From an uncultured Gemmatimonadales bacterium (GTDB taxonomy: Bacteria > Gemmatimonadota > Gemmatimonadetes > Gemmatimonadales > Gemmatimonadaceae), in assembly GCA_963793305.1 (NCBI GenBank), contig CAWBZV010000002.1:704001-768000 (forward strand): a stretch of DNA of 64,000 bases. The letters run 5' to 3'. This document shows, piece after piece, positions 20,138 through 30,689 of the stretch. A model generated the notes under the pieces. It was not told where the DNA came from and did no database searches. It saw nothing but the letters and a program-made list of their open reading frames with translations. The position numbers and the translations under genes were made by a program. How positions within the stretch are numbered: the stretch's first letter is position 1; each line of letters starts with the position of its first letter.

Positions 20138-21339
20138 TGTTCGCCGCGCTGGCCCTTGCCGCCCTTGTCGGCGCCAGCCCGCCGCCAAAAACGGCGCGTA
20201 TCGCGATCGCGAATGGCGTACACGATGGCAACGTGTCGGCGACCGGCACCTGGCTGCTGCTCGCGAGCGCCGGCGCGAAGACGCTCGTGCGGGGCACGGG
20301 CCGGGGTACGTGGACCATCACGAGGCGCTCGGGCGGGAAGCTCCGCGTCACCAACGAGCGGGGTGAGACCGCGACGCGCCCCGGGCCGCTGGTGGCGCGT
20401 GCGACCGGCGATGGCGTGTTCGTCACCTGGAACGGCAAGCGCTATCGCGGCGAGCTCGAAATCCGCGCCACGAGCGAGGGACTGCTCGTCATCAATCGGC
20501 TCCAGGTCGAAGACTATCTGCGTGGGGTGATCCCGCTCGAGCTCGGCGACATCACCGACGCCGAGCTCGCGGCGATGGAGGCACAAGCGGTGGCCGCGCG
20601 CAGCTACACCTACGTGCGCCTCGCCGATCCCGATCTTCGCCGCCGCGCGTATGACCTCGTGGCGACGACCACGGATCAGGTGTACGGCGGCGCGGGGGCC
20701 GAGTCGCGGCTCGGGGACGAAGCGGTGCAGCAGACGACGGGTGAGGTGATCCGGTACAACGGCCGGATCGTCAACGCGCCGTACTTCGCGGCCTGCGGCG
20801 GGATGACGGCGGCGGCGTCGGAGATCTGGCGAGAAGGGGATCTCCCCTATCTCCGCCCCGTCAGTGACCTCATTCCCGGGAGCGGTGGTCAATACTACTG
20901 CCAAGGGTCGTCGAAATTTCGGTGGTCCCGAACGTTCAGCGGGCCACAGCTGGAGACGGTCCTCGAGACATACTTGCACCGTCACGCCGGAAGCCTCGGG
21001 GCGGTCAAGACCGTGATCGCTGACGGGCCGACGCCGTCGGGTCGCGTGGCGTCGCTCACGCTGGTGACCGATCGGAACTATTACAAGTTCCGCGGGAATG
21101 AGATTCGAAGCGTGCTGCGCTCGCCGAATGGCGAGATCCTGAACTCGACCTATTTTGAGCTTGATGTCGATGGCGGCACGAACGGACACGTCGAGTCGCT
21201 CACGCTGCGCGGGCTCGGAAACGGACACGGAGTCGGGATGTGCCAGGCGGGAGCGATCGGCCGAGCGCGCGCGGGCCAGGACTATCGGACGATCCTCGAG
21301 ACGTACTATCCGGGGACGGTCGTTGCGACTGTGGATTAG
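20137..21339 (+). CDS. SpoIID/LytB domain lytic transglycosylase-like protein
   Basis: YRGELE, EDYLRGVIPLE, AQAVAARSY, DQVYGG, GHGVGMCQ.GA, ILETYYPG. Confidence 0.92.
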   Translation: MFAALALAALVGASPPPKTARIAIANGVHDGNVSATGTWLLLASAGAKTLVRGTGRGTWTITRRSGGKLRVTNERGETATRPGPLVARATGDGVFVTWNGKRYRGELEIRATSEGLLVINRLQVEDYLRGVIPLELGDITDAELAAMEAQAVAARSYTYVRLADPDLRRRAYDLVATTTDQVYGGAGAESRLGDEAVQQTTGEVIRYNGRIVNAPYFAACGGMTAAASEIWREGDLPYLRPVSDLIPGSGGQYYCQGSSKFRWSRTFSGPQLETVLETYLHRHAGSLGAVKTVIADGPTPSGRVASLTLVTDRNYYKFRGNEIRSVLRSPNGEILNSTYFELDVDGGTNGHVESLTLRGLGNGHGVGMCQAGAIGRARAGQDYRTILETYYPGTVVATVD

Positions 21340-22120
21340 CTTCTTTCTGCTGTGCGTCACCCTTCGGGTGAACGCAGCAGGTGCCCAGGACACCACGGCA
21401 GCCGCTCGTAGGGATAGCACGGTACGGGACACGACGGTCCGGCGTGATACGACGGTCCGGCGCGATTCGACAGTCCGGCGCGATTCGACGACGACGCAGG
21501 CGGCGCAGCCGCCACGCAAGCGAGAGTCGCTGGCGCAGTATCTCGATCTGGACAAGCTGCGCCTCGATGGCCTGGAGGCCGCCAGCGGCATTGCCATGCC
21601 CAATCAGATCCAGACCGCGGCGATCTATTCCGTCGAAGCCGACTACGGTGAGCTCGTTCCGCACTGGCGGCTATTTTTCGGCGCCGCGGTCTGGTCGTCG
21701 CATTTTAGTGACGCGGCGGTGCGGAACCTGATCAATACGATCTACTCGAACAGCGTGACCCGTCCCAACCCCGCGGATACGCTTCGGTACCGACAGATCT
21801 CGATCGCCGACGTGATCCTGAACATCGACGCCCGATACTCTCCGCTCCGCGCGCAGAGCTTTCTACGGCCGTATTTGAGTCTCGGCGTCGGGGTGAACGT
21901 GCAGGACGCCTCGGGGGCCGCCATCCGCGGGACGATCATCCAGAAGCAGCTCGATGGCCTCTCGCCGGGGCTGGCGGCCGCGGGCGGTCTCGAGGTGAGG
22001 CTCGCGCGGTGGCTCATCGCCGACGGCCAGGCCCGATATGACGTCCTGAGCGGTGACCGGTTCGCGAGCTTCCGCGGCGGCATCCGATATCTCTTTCAGC
22101 CCGAACGGAGGGCCCGGTGA
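21323..22120 (+). CDS. exported protein with a low-complexity N-terminal repeat and a probable small outer-membrane beta-barrel
   Basis: Signal-like MRLWISFFLLCV...AGAQ (TTG start inferred); alternating beta-strand pattern ending GGIRYLF. Confidence 0.65.
   Translation: MRLWISFFLLCVTLRVNAAGAQDTTAAARRDSTVRDTTVRRDTTVRRDSTVRRDSTTTQAAQPPRKRESLAQYLDLDKLRLDGLEAASGIAMPNQIQTAAIYSVEADYGELVPHWRLFFGAAVWSSHFSDAAVRNLINTIYSNSVTRPNPADTLRYRQISIADVILNIDARYSPLRAQSFLRPYLSLGVGVNVQDASGAAIRGTIIQKQLDGLSPGLAAAGGLEVRLARWLIADGQARYDVLSGDRFASFRGGIRYLFQPERRAR
21407..21493 (+). repeat. five imperfect 15-18 bp coding tandem repeats encoding (R)RD(S/T)T(V/T)
   Basis: cgtagggatagcacggta / cgggacacgacggtc / cggcgtgatacgacggtc / cggcgcgattcgacagtc / cggcgcgattcgacgacg. 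Confidence 0.85.
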
Positions 22121-23133
22121 GTCCAACAAACCCTCCTGCTCTCAAGCTCGGCGTCCTCGGCGTCGGCGCGATCGCGCAGCTCGCGCATCTGCCCGTGCTC
22201 GCCAAGATGCGCGGCGTCGAGGTCGTCGCGTTGTGCGACAGCGACGGCCCGAAGGCCCGGTCGCTCGCCGACCGGTTCCAGGTGCGGGACGTCTACACCG
22301 ACATCGACGATCTGCTGGAATTCGACGAGCTGGACGCCGTCGTCATCGCGACACCCAATCACCTGCACGAGCCGCAGACGTTGCGAGCACTGGCCGCGGG
22401 AGTGCACGTCTTCTGCGAGAGGCCGCTGGCTCTCAGCGCACGCGGTGTGGAACGCATCCTGGCTGCCTCCTCGAGAGCAGAGAAAAAAGTCGTCGTCGCC
22501 AACAACCACCGGTTCCGAAGCGATGTGCAGACGCTGCAACGGTTCCTGAGCGGAGGCGAGCTCGGTCGCTTGCTCGGCATTCGTGCGGGATCATATCAAG
22601 TGAGCCGGCCGTCGGAAGGGTGGCGGTCCCGTCGACCAGAGGCCGGTGGTGGCGTGTTCTTCGAGCACGGCATTCCGCTCCTCGACTTGGCCCTCTGGTT
22701 GGCCGATTTCCCCGATCCCGTACGCGTGACGGCCCACATGGATCGCGGGCGCGGGGCCAATACGGTCGAGGACACGCTGCTCGTGCATCTGGAGTGCGCG
22801 CAGGGGCTTTCGCTGTCATTCGACCTGTCGTGGTCGTACGTCGGCGAGGAAGACCGCTGGTGGTTCGAGGTGCTGTCGACACGCGGCAGCGCGCGCCTGG
22901 CGCCGCTCCGGGTCGTGAAGTCCCTGAATGGCCGGCCGACCGACGTGTCGCCGACCGGCGCGGCCGCGCGCGAAAGTGTGTTCATCCAGTCGTATCGCGC
23001 CGAGCTCGCGCATCTCGTGGCGCTCGTGCGGGACGAGACCAAGTACGAGCCGCCAATGGACCAAATGGTCGTGCATAAGATCGCCGAGGCGATCTACAAG
23101 TCGGCGGACGAGGGCAAAGAGATCAAGCTGTGA
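22117..23133 (+). CDS. Gfo/Idh/MocA family oxidoreductase
   Basis: GVLGVGAIA, DAVVIATPNHLH, HVFCERPLA, GGGVFFEHGIPLLD. Confidence 0.92.
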   Translation: MSPTNPPALKLGVLGVGAIAQLAHLPVLAKMRGVEVVALCDSDGPKARSLADRFQVRDVYTDIDDLLEFDELDAVVIATPNHLHEPQTLRALAAGVHVFCERPLALSARGVERILAASSRAEKKVVVANNHRFRSDVQTLQRFLSGGELGRLLGIRAGSYQVSRPSEGWRSRRPEAGGGVFFEHGIPLLDLALWLADFPDPVRVTAHMDRGRGANTVEDTLLVHLECAQGLSLSFDLSWSYVGEEDRWWFEVLSTRGSARLAPLRVVKSLNGRPTDVSPTGAAARESVFIQSYRAELAHLVALVRDETKYEPPMDQMVVHKIAEAIYKSADEGKEIKL

Positions 23134-24665
23134 CGCTCCGGCCCTCGCGCTCCGAGTTGATTGTGGCGGGTGGGTCGGCGCTGCTGTTCGCGCTGACCTT
23201 TCCGCCATTTGGCCTGCTCGTTCCCGCCTTTGTCTGCCTCGTGCCACTCGCGGTCGGCGTTGCGCGCGTCGCTGATAGTTCCGAGGGGACGATCGGCAGC
23301 GCCGCTCGTATCGGCCTCTGGTTCTGTCTGTTGGGCTATGGTGCGAACCTCTATTGGATCGCCGTTGCGCTGTCGATCTTCACCTGGCTGGCGAGCCTCG
23401 GCTATGTCGCTGCACTGGTATGGTTGGCGCCCTGGTTTGCGCTCACCACCGCGGTCCTGTTCGCCTCACGCCGACTGACGCGATGGCCGATGGCGATTCT
23501 GCTGCCCGTCGTCTGGGTTACTTCGGAGCTCGTGCTGCTGCATCTCGGCGACCTGGCGTTCCCGTGGCTCCCGCTCGGACTCGGCGTCTCGACGTTTCCT
23601 CATTTCGCGCAACTCGCCAATGTCAGCGGGGTCCATGGCTTGACCGCATGGCTCGCCCTATCGAATGGCCTTCTGGCCAATGCGCTCGTGACCAAGCGTC
23701 GCGTGGTCGCCCGTGTAGCCGCCGTCGTCGTCCTGGCGGTCGCAGTATATGGCTACGGCGCGTGGCGACTGAGAACCACGACGCTGGTGCCACTTGGCCG
23801 CGTCACCGTGGTCCAGCCCAACGTCCCGGAGGACGAGAAGATCCAGGAGGCCAATCGGCCTTTTTTTATGGGCATGATGGCCCGCGACACGAGAGCCGCC
23901 GTGGCGCCTCTGGCGGACAAACCGGCGCTGATCGTCTGGCCCGAAGCCTCGCTCCCCGATTTCCTGCCGCAACACGCCGAGTGGCGTGACTCATTGCGCG
24001 CCCTGGCGGCGGTGACGCACGCGCCAGTGTTGTTCGGTGTGCTCAATGTCACGTGGTCATCGCGGACCGCGTACGAGATCTACAACGCGGCCGAGCTGGC
24101 CGAGCCGGATGGCATCATCCTTCAGCCATCGTACCACAAAGAGTATTTGGTCCCGATCGTCGAGCGCGTGCCGTTCGTCAACCCGCAATGGTTCGAAGGA
24201 CTCAAGTACTTCGGGGGATTCGGACGAGGCCATGATCCCCAGCCGTATCGGATCCCACTCGGCAAAGTCGGTGTCTTGATCTGCTACGAGTCGATTTTTC
24301 CCGACCTGTCGAGACAATATCGACGCGATAGCGCGGATATCCTGGCCAACATCACGAATGACGCCTGGTTCGGTCGCAGCCTCGCGCCGTATCAACACGT
24401 GGCGAATCTGCGGCTCCGCGCCATCGAGAATCGCGTCGGCATTGTCCGCGCCGCGAACACTGGCATCTCCGAATACGTCGATCCGCTCGGCCGCGTGCAC
24501 GGCGCCACCGGACTATTCGTAGCGGCAGCGCCGACGTTCAATGTCGCGACGACGCATGTGCGGACGTTGTATGTGCGCTGGGGCGATTGGATCGGGACAC
24601 TCGCGGCGGTGCTGACGCTCGCGCTCTGCGTCGCGGCGTACGTAACGAAGCGATCACGTCGCTAG
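23130..24665 (+). CDS. lnt: apolipoprotein N-acyltransferase
   Basis: TM N-terminus; VQPN, WPE, YHKEYLVP..E, LICYESIF, NITNDAWFG, RAIENR..RAANTGIS. Confidence 0.96.
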   Translation: MTLRPSRSELIVAGGSALLFALTFPPFGLLVPAFVCLVPLAVGVARVADSSEGTIGSAARIGLWFCLLGYGANLYWIAVALSIFTWLASLGYVAALVWLAPWFALTTAVLFASRRLTRWPMAILLPVVWVTSELVLLHLGDLAFPWLPLGLGVSTFPHFAQLANVSGVHGLTAWLALSNGLLANALVTKRRVVARVAAVVVLAVAVYGYGAWRLRTTTLVPLGRVTVVQPNVPEDEKIQEANRPFFMGMMARDTRAAVAPLADKPALIVWPEASLPDFLPQHAEWRDSLRALAAVTHAPVLFGVLNVTWSSRTAYEIYNAAELAEPDGIILQPSYHKEYLVPIVERVPFVNPQWFEGLKYFGGFGRGHDPQPYRIPLGKVGVLICYESIFPDLSRQYRRDSADILANITNDAWFGRSLAPYQHVANLRLRAIENRVGIVRAANTGISEYVDPLGRVHGATGLFVAAAPTFNVATTHVRTLYVRWGDWIGTLAAVLTLALCVAAYVTKRSRR

Positions 24666-24697
24666 CAGTCGCTGCGACGCGGGCCAGAATTCAAGGC

Positions 24698-25204
24698 ATG
24701 AGGACTATCGTCTTTGCGCTGGTGCTGCTGCTGGCGAGTCACACCGCCGCGGCTCAAGGGAAGCCCGAGCTCGGGCCGTGCGCGGGGGCCGACGTGCTCG
24801 ATTCCGCGACGAAGGCCAGCATCGTCGCCAAGCCTGACCGGAAGCCCCGCCGCCAGGACAACGGCGTCATGCCCATGGTCCAGGACATGAAGTTTCACAC
24901 CCTGACGCAGCTGGATCTGGACAAAGAGACGGACGGGGGTGGGCCGCGGAAATGGGTGGTGATCACCGGCGTCGTCGATACGACCGGACACATCGATCCC
25001 AAGACCGCGATCGTCACGCAGTCATCGAGCGTCGGGCTCACGCATGCGGTCTGCGATGCGTGGGTCAAGATGGCGTTCAGCCCCGCCATGTCCCACGGGC
25101 AGAAGGTGCCGGCAATGTACCAGGAGCGGTTCATCTTCGAGCAAGGGGTCTCCGACATCAATAGCAGCAACCCACTCAGCCCCGGCGGTGGCGACCGCCA
25201 CTAG
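24698..25204 (+). CDS. exported protein with a TonB C-terminal-like domain
   Basis: Signal peptide MRTIVFALVLLLASHTAAAQ; VVDTTGHID...FSPAMSHGQKVP...F.F; CAGAAT 7 nt before the ATG. Confidence 0.7.
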   Translation: MRTIVFALVLLLASHTAAAQGKPELGPCAGADVLDSATKASIVAKPDRKPRRQDNGVMPMVQDMKFHTLTQLDLDKETDGGGPRKWVVITGVVDTTGHIDPKTAIVTQSSSVGLTHAVCDAWVKMAFSPAMSHGQKVPAMYQERFIFEQGVSDINSSNPLSPGGGDRH

Positions 25205-26997
25205 AGCACGTAGACGCGTGCCGAGATAAAGGTGTGCAGCAGGTCGGCATCGAGCTCGCCGGCCTTCGCCTCCCGCTGCAAGATCTCGAGCGCCAGCTCG
25301 GGGCTCACCGCCCGCTTATAGGGCCGGTCCGCCGCCGTCAGCGCGTCGTAGATATCGGCGATCGTCATGATCCGTGCTTGTACGGGAATCGCGTCGCCGG
25401 CGATCGCGCGCGGGTATCCGTGGCCGTTCAGCTTCTCGTGGTGCGCGAACGCGATCTCCGGCACATGGCGGAGCTCGCGCGTCCACGGGATCCGCTGCAG
25501 GAACCGATAGGTGTGCGTCACATGTGACTCGATTTCCCGGCGCTCGTGCTCGTCGAGCGTGCCGCGCGCGATCGAGAGCCACCGCTGCTCGTCGCTCGTC
25601 AGCACCGGCCGGCACTCACCGTCGAGATCCTGGTACGTCAACGAGGCCACCGCCGCCAGCGCATCGTTCTGCCGCTTGTCGTCGAGCGACGGCTCGTTGG
25701 CCGAGAGCACGGCCTGAAAGAGCCGGTCCAACTCGGCGCGCGCCGCGTCGTCGGCCGTCTGAGCGAGCACCGCGAATCGCAGGCGAATGAGGTCGACGTT
25801 CAACGGGTAGAGTTTTTTCTGCTTGACGAGCACCTGCTCGCGCACGCCGACTTTGCCGAAGTCGTGGAGCAGACCGGCGTAGCGCAGCTCCCGCAGCTGC
25901 TCGCGGGAAAACCGGACGCGACCCCCGCGGTCCACGACCTCGGCCAGCGCAACGCTCATCTGCGCCACGCGCGAGGAATGACCGTACGTCGTCGGATCGC
26001 GCGACTCGATCGCCGTCACGGCCGCCGTCACGAAACCCTCGAACAGGCGCTCAATGTCTTCGTACAGAAGACTGTTCTCGATCGCGACCGCGCCCTGGGA
26101 GGCGAGCGCCGTCACGAGCTCGACCGACCGGTGGTCGTAGGGGATCACCTCGCGCGCCGTGATCTCCGGATCGCTGAGTCGGGTGTCCGCTCCACGTTTG
26201 CGATTGAGGAGCTGCAGCACGCCGACGACCTCGTCCCGGTGCGTCTTCATCGGGAGCACGAGCATCGACTTGGTGCGATAGCCGAACTTCTCGTCGAAGG
26301 TTCGGTTCTGCTTGTAGGTCACGTCGCCCGGCAGCAGATACACGTCGTCGATGACCAGCGCTTCGCCGGTCGCCGCGGCATATCCGGCAAGGCTTCCGTG
26401 GTCGATCGGGACGGTAAACTCCCCAAGAGGCAAGTTCGGCAGTGAGAAATTCTGCGAGAGTTTGAACTTGAGACTGGTGGGGTTGCCGTCCTCGGTACGC
26501 TCCACGAGATAGATGGACCCCGCGTCGCTGTCGGAGATGCGCCGCGCCTGCGTGAGGATCTTTTCGAGCAGCGTCAGGAGATTGCGCTCGGTGGAGAGCG
26601 CCACGCCGATGTGCGTGAGATCGGTCAGCTCGCGATAGCGTCGGGCCTCGGAGGCACGGGCCGCTTGCACCGTCAACAACGCGGCGGCGTGACGAAATGC
26701 GCCGCGCAGCTGGGCGATGACCGTATTGCGGGAAGCGTCGGCCGGGATGTAGCTCGCGATCAGGTCGACCGGGACATCGTCATCGTCCGCGGACCCACGG
26801 GCGACGAGAGCGACCGACTCGGCGATCGCCGCGAGGGCGGGTCGATCGCGCCAGGCGGTCGCGTCGACAACGACGACCGTCGGGCGCCCGGGTTCGAGCG
26901 CCGTCGCCGCCGGCACTGAGCGAACGCGGCGCACCTCGACGTCGAAGCCGGGCAGGTCGGGGAGACCCTGCCCGGCGACGATTAAAAGCGGTTTCAG
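25201..26997 (-). CDS. GAF + HD-GYP phosphodiesterase family protein
   Basis: GAF (GSLAGY..TGE..IDDVY...FDEKFGYRTKSML..PM); RDPTTYGHSSRV, LLHDFGK, HHEKLNGHGYP, IADIYDALT..RPYK; start is either CTG 26997 (CTGA overlap) or GTG 26934. Confidence 0.92.
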   Translation of the reverse strand: MKPLLIVAGQGLPDLPGFDVEVRRVRSVPAATALEPGRPTVVVVDATAWRDRPALAAIAESVALVARGSADDDDVPVDLIASYIPADASRNTVIAQLRGAFRHAAALLTVQAARASEARRYRELTDLTHIGVALSTERNLLTLLEKILTQARRISDSDAGSIYLVERTEDGNPTSLKFKLSQNFSLPNLPLGEFTVPIDHGSLAGYAAATGEALVIDDVYLLPGDVTYKQNRTFDEKFGYRTKSMLVLPMKTHRDEVVGVLQLLNRKRGADTRLSDPEITAREVIPYDHRSVELVTALASQGAVAIENSLLYEDIERLFEGFVTAAVTAIESRDPTTYGHSSRVAQMSVALAEVVDRGGRVRFSREQLRELRYAGLLHDFGKVGVREQVLVKQKKLYPLNVDLIRLRFAVLAQTADDAARAELDRLFQAVLSANEPSLDDKRQNDALAAVASLTYQDLDGECRPVLTSDEQRWLSIARGTLDEHERREIESHVTHTYRFLQRIPWTRELRHVPEIAFAHHEKLNGHGYPRAIAGDAIPVQARIMTIADIYDALTAADRPYKRAVSPELALEILQREAKAGELDADLLHTFISARVYVL

Positions 26998-27692
26998 CCT
27001 GCGCTCGTGGGCGCGAGGGTCGCCAGCCGCTTCTGCGACGGCTCGTAGCTCGGGAATTTCGCCAGCGAGGCCTTGTAGTACTCGACGGCTTTGTCCTTGT
27101 TGCCTTTGTCTTCCTCGGCCAGGCCACGCGAATAGAGCATGACGGTCTCGAACGGTACTTTCTTGGCCGCCTCGACGTGGGCCTCGCTCACTTTCGTGTC
27201 CAGCGCCGGCAGTTTCATGCCGTTGACCATCGAATCCGCCAGCTGCGTGATCATCGTCAGGACATTGTCCGTTTTGCCCTGTACGCGAGCGACGTACTCG
27301 ACTTGCAATGTCTCGACGTTCACCGCGCGGCTGTTCAGGATCATCCGGCCGCTCTGATCGGCGATGAAACCGCCGAAGATCATGTGGTGCGCGCCGAGGA
27401 GCTTGCCGAGGCGAACGGCCGTGGACTGATCGACGCGCTTCGGGTCAATGTTCTGCTCATCCATCAGGTGCTGCAGTTGATCACGCTCGACGACGCGGAT
27501 CTGATTGTCCTGCGCGAGCTCGTTGATCAACATACCGGAGATGCCCTTGCTCAAGGCATCGAAATCTTCGTGCTGCTTCCCCATCGCGCCGTTGTCGAAG
27601 TACATGACGGCGACGGTCGGACGCGCGTCGGGCGTCTGCGCGGCGGCGACGCCCGCGAGCACGGCTAGTGTGGCGAACGCGTATCGGAACAT
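26994..27692 (-). CDS. exported CsgG/FlgO-like protein with a C-terminal TPR-like helix pair
   Basis: Signal peptide; TVAVMYFDN, RVVERDQL..LMDEQ, AVRLGKLLGA, RAVNVET; YSRGL...AVEYYKASL..FPSY. Confidence 0.8.
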   Translation of the reverse strand: MFRYAFATLAVLAGVAAAQTPDARPTVAVMYFDNGAMGKQHEDFDALSKGISGMLINELAQDNQIRVVERDQLQHLMDEQNIDPKRVDQSTAVRLGKLLGAHHMIFGGFIADQSGRMILNSRAVNVETLQVEYVARVQGKTDNVLTMITQLADSMVNGMKLPALDTKVSEAHVEAAKKVPFETVMLYSRGLAEEDKGNKDKAVEYYKASLAKFPSYEPSQKRLATLAPTSAG

Positions 27693-27700
27693 TGGACGCC

Positions 27701-28561
27701 TCATACGGTCAACGTGAGCCCTTCGGCGGCAGCCAGAATTTCCAGCGTGCCACCCCGCCGGGCGACGAGCGAACGGCACTCGTCGGTCCGCCGGTCCACT
27801 TCGTCATCGGTGCGCTCAGGCTTGTGGTGGAACAACACGAGCCGTTCCACCTCCGCCTCGAGGGCCAACTCGACTGCGTCATCATAGGTCGAGTGTCCCC
27901 ACCCAACGTGCTGCCGGTACTCTTCGACGGTGAACATCGAGTCGTGCACCAAGACACTGGCCCCCTTACAGAAGGCGACCAGTGACTCATAATGCTCTGT
28001 CTGCCTCAACTCGTTGTCCGATATGTAGACGAGCGCGCGTTGAGGCTCGTTTCCGTTGGTCAACGCCGCGAAACGGTACCCTAATGCGCCGCCCGGGTGC
28101 TGTACCGGAAACGCCCGAACATCGAATGCCTTGTGTAGCGAGACGCGGTCGGACAGCTCTTTCACGTCGATCGTCGCGGCGAGTTGGTCGAACGCGACGG
28201 GAAAGACCACGGGGGACATCTGGTCGCGGACGACACGACTGAGGCTCGTCTCCATCGACTTGGAGCCCCAGATCGTAAAGTGGTTTCCCTCTTGGAAAAC
28301 CGGGGCGAAGAATGGCAAACCCTGGATGTGGTCCCAGTGCGCGTGCGTGAGGAAGATGTCCCCACGAATCGGCTGCCCGTTCGCGCGGTCGATCAGCGAG
28401 CGACCGAGCTCCCGAATGCCCGTGCCGGCGTCCAGGACGACGAGCAGGCCCTCCGGCGTCCGCAGTTCGACGCACGGCGTGTTCCCGCCATAGCGCACGG
28501 TCTGGGCGCCCGGGCTGGGTATAGAGCCACGCGTGCCCCAGAACCGTACGGTGAGCGTCAT
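27701..28561 (-). CDS. MBL-fold metallo-hydrolase (putative phosphodiesterase)
   Basis: RFWGTRGSIP, YGGNTPCVE, DAGTG, THAHWDHIQG, HPGG, GWGHS, LFHHKP. Confidence 0.92.
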   Translation of the reverse strand: MTLTVRFWGTRGSIPSPGAQTVRYGGNTPCVELRTPEGLLVVLDAGTGIRELGRSLIDRANGQPIRGDIFLTHAHWDHIQGLPFFAPVFQEGNHFTIWGSKSMETSLSRVVRDQMSPVVFPVAFDQLAATIDVKELSDRVSLHKAFDVRAFPVQHPGGALGYRFAALTNGNEPQRALVYISDNELRQTEHYESLVAFCKGASVLVHDSMFTVEEYRQHVGWGHSTYDDAVELALEAEVERLVLFHHKPERTDDEVDRRTDECRSLVARRGGTLEILAAAEGLTLTV

Positions 28562-28645
28562 CGTGGGCGGCCGAGTCGTCCGATCATGCCGACAAACTTG
28601 CCGCCAACCGGTCACTTGGGGAAAGACGGAACGTCACGGCGCGGC

Positions 28646-28661
28646 GGTGACGCACGTCACA
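28646..28661. promoter_or_regulatory. CRP-type binding site
   Basis: The minus strand reads TGTGA-CGTGCG-TCACC, a 9/10 match to TGTGA-N6-TCACA; it lies between the CRP-like gene and the MBL hydrolase. Confidence 0.75.
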
Positions 28662-29336
28662 CTATTCGCGCGCCTGAGCCCGAGCGAGGAGCGCGGCGCG
28701 ATCGGTGACCGAGATGCGCCGGCGCTCGACGCCGATCCACCCGGCGTCCTGAAACTCACGCATGGCGCGCGATACCGTCTCACGACTCGCCCCGATCATC
28801 TGCGCGATGGTCTGGTGGGTGAGCGGCTTGTCGATGGTGCCGCCGCCCGACTCATCGGCGAAATCGAGGAGCAGCCGGGCAATGCGACCTGGCACGTCGA
28901 GCAGGACAAGCCCGCCGATCTTCCCGTCGGCACGCCGCAAGCGGCGGGAGAGCTCGGACAAAAGCGCCCAAGCCACCGCGGGAGTCGCCTCGACTCGCCG
29001 CCGGAAGTCATCCCGCCGCAGCACGAGGAGCTTCGAGTCTTCCATCGCGATCACATGCGCCGACCGCGGCTGGTCGTCGATGAGCGACAGCTCGCCGAAA
29101 TGCTCGCCGACGCCGAGGACGCCAAGGATCACTTCACGGCCGTCCTCGCCAACCAGGACAACTTTGACGCGGCCTTCGCGCACGATATACAGGGAGTCGC
29201 CGGGGTCGTCCTCGAACAGGATGACGCTGCCTTTCGGGTAGTCTTTCTCGCGCGTCACCTCCGCGAACCGCTGGAGCTCGTCGGGCGGGATTTGCCCGAG
29301 GAGGGGAACCGTGGCGAGGAAGTCGGCTATTTCCAT
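28662..29336 (-). CDS. Crp/Fnr family regulator, cAMP-receptor-protein-like
   Basis: cNMP pocket FGELSL...[25 protein letters not shown]. Confidence 0.95.
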   Translation of the reverse strand: MEIADFLATVPLLGQIPPDELQRFAEVTREKDYPKGSVILFEDDPGDSLYIVREGRVKVVLVGEDGREVILGVLGVGEHFGELSLIDDQPRSAHVIAMEDSKLLVLRRDDFRRRVEATPAVAWALLSELSRRLRRADGKIGGLVLLDVPGRIARLLLDFADESGGGTIDKPLTHQTIAQMIGASRETVSRAMREFQDAGWIGVERRRISVTDRAALLARAQARE

Positions 29337-29415
29337 GCTGGGCGGGAACATAGGCCATTGGCACCGCTGGGAAAGGCCTATCAGTTTCCCAACGAACGAA
29401 GTAAGTTAAAAGGCT

Positions 29416-29618
29416 ATGAAAACCGACATACATCCAGAATACGCGACCGCGACGGTCGTCTGCGCGTGCGGCAATACGTTCGAGACGCGCTCGACCCAGG
29501 CGGAGATCCATACCGACATCTGCTCGAACTGCCACCCGTTCTACACTGGGAAGCAGAAGCTGGTCGACACTGCGGGACGCATTGAGCGGTTCCGGCAGAA
29601 GTACGGCGGGAAGAAAGA

Positions 29619-29622
<4 letters not shown>
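29416..29622 (+). CDS. rpmE: 50S ribosomal protein L31 (Zn-binding form)
   Basis: [32 protein letters not shown]. Confidence 0.98.

Positions 29623-30672
<1,050 letters not shown>

Positions 30673-30689
<17 letters not shown>

Noticed and set aside
21407..21493. CRISPR array
   Set aside because: The units are contiguous, degenerate at third codon positions and coding, with no spacers and no cas genes
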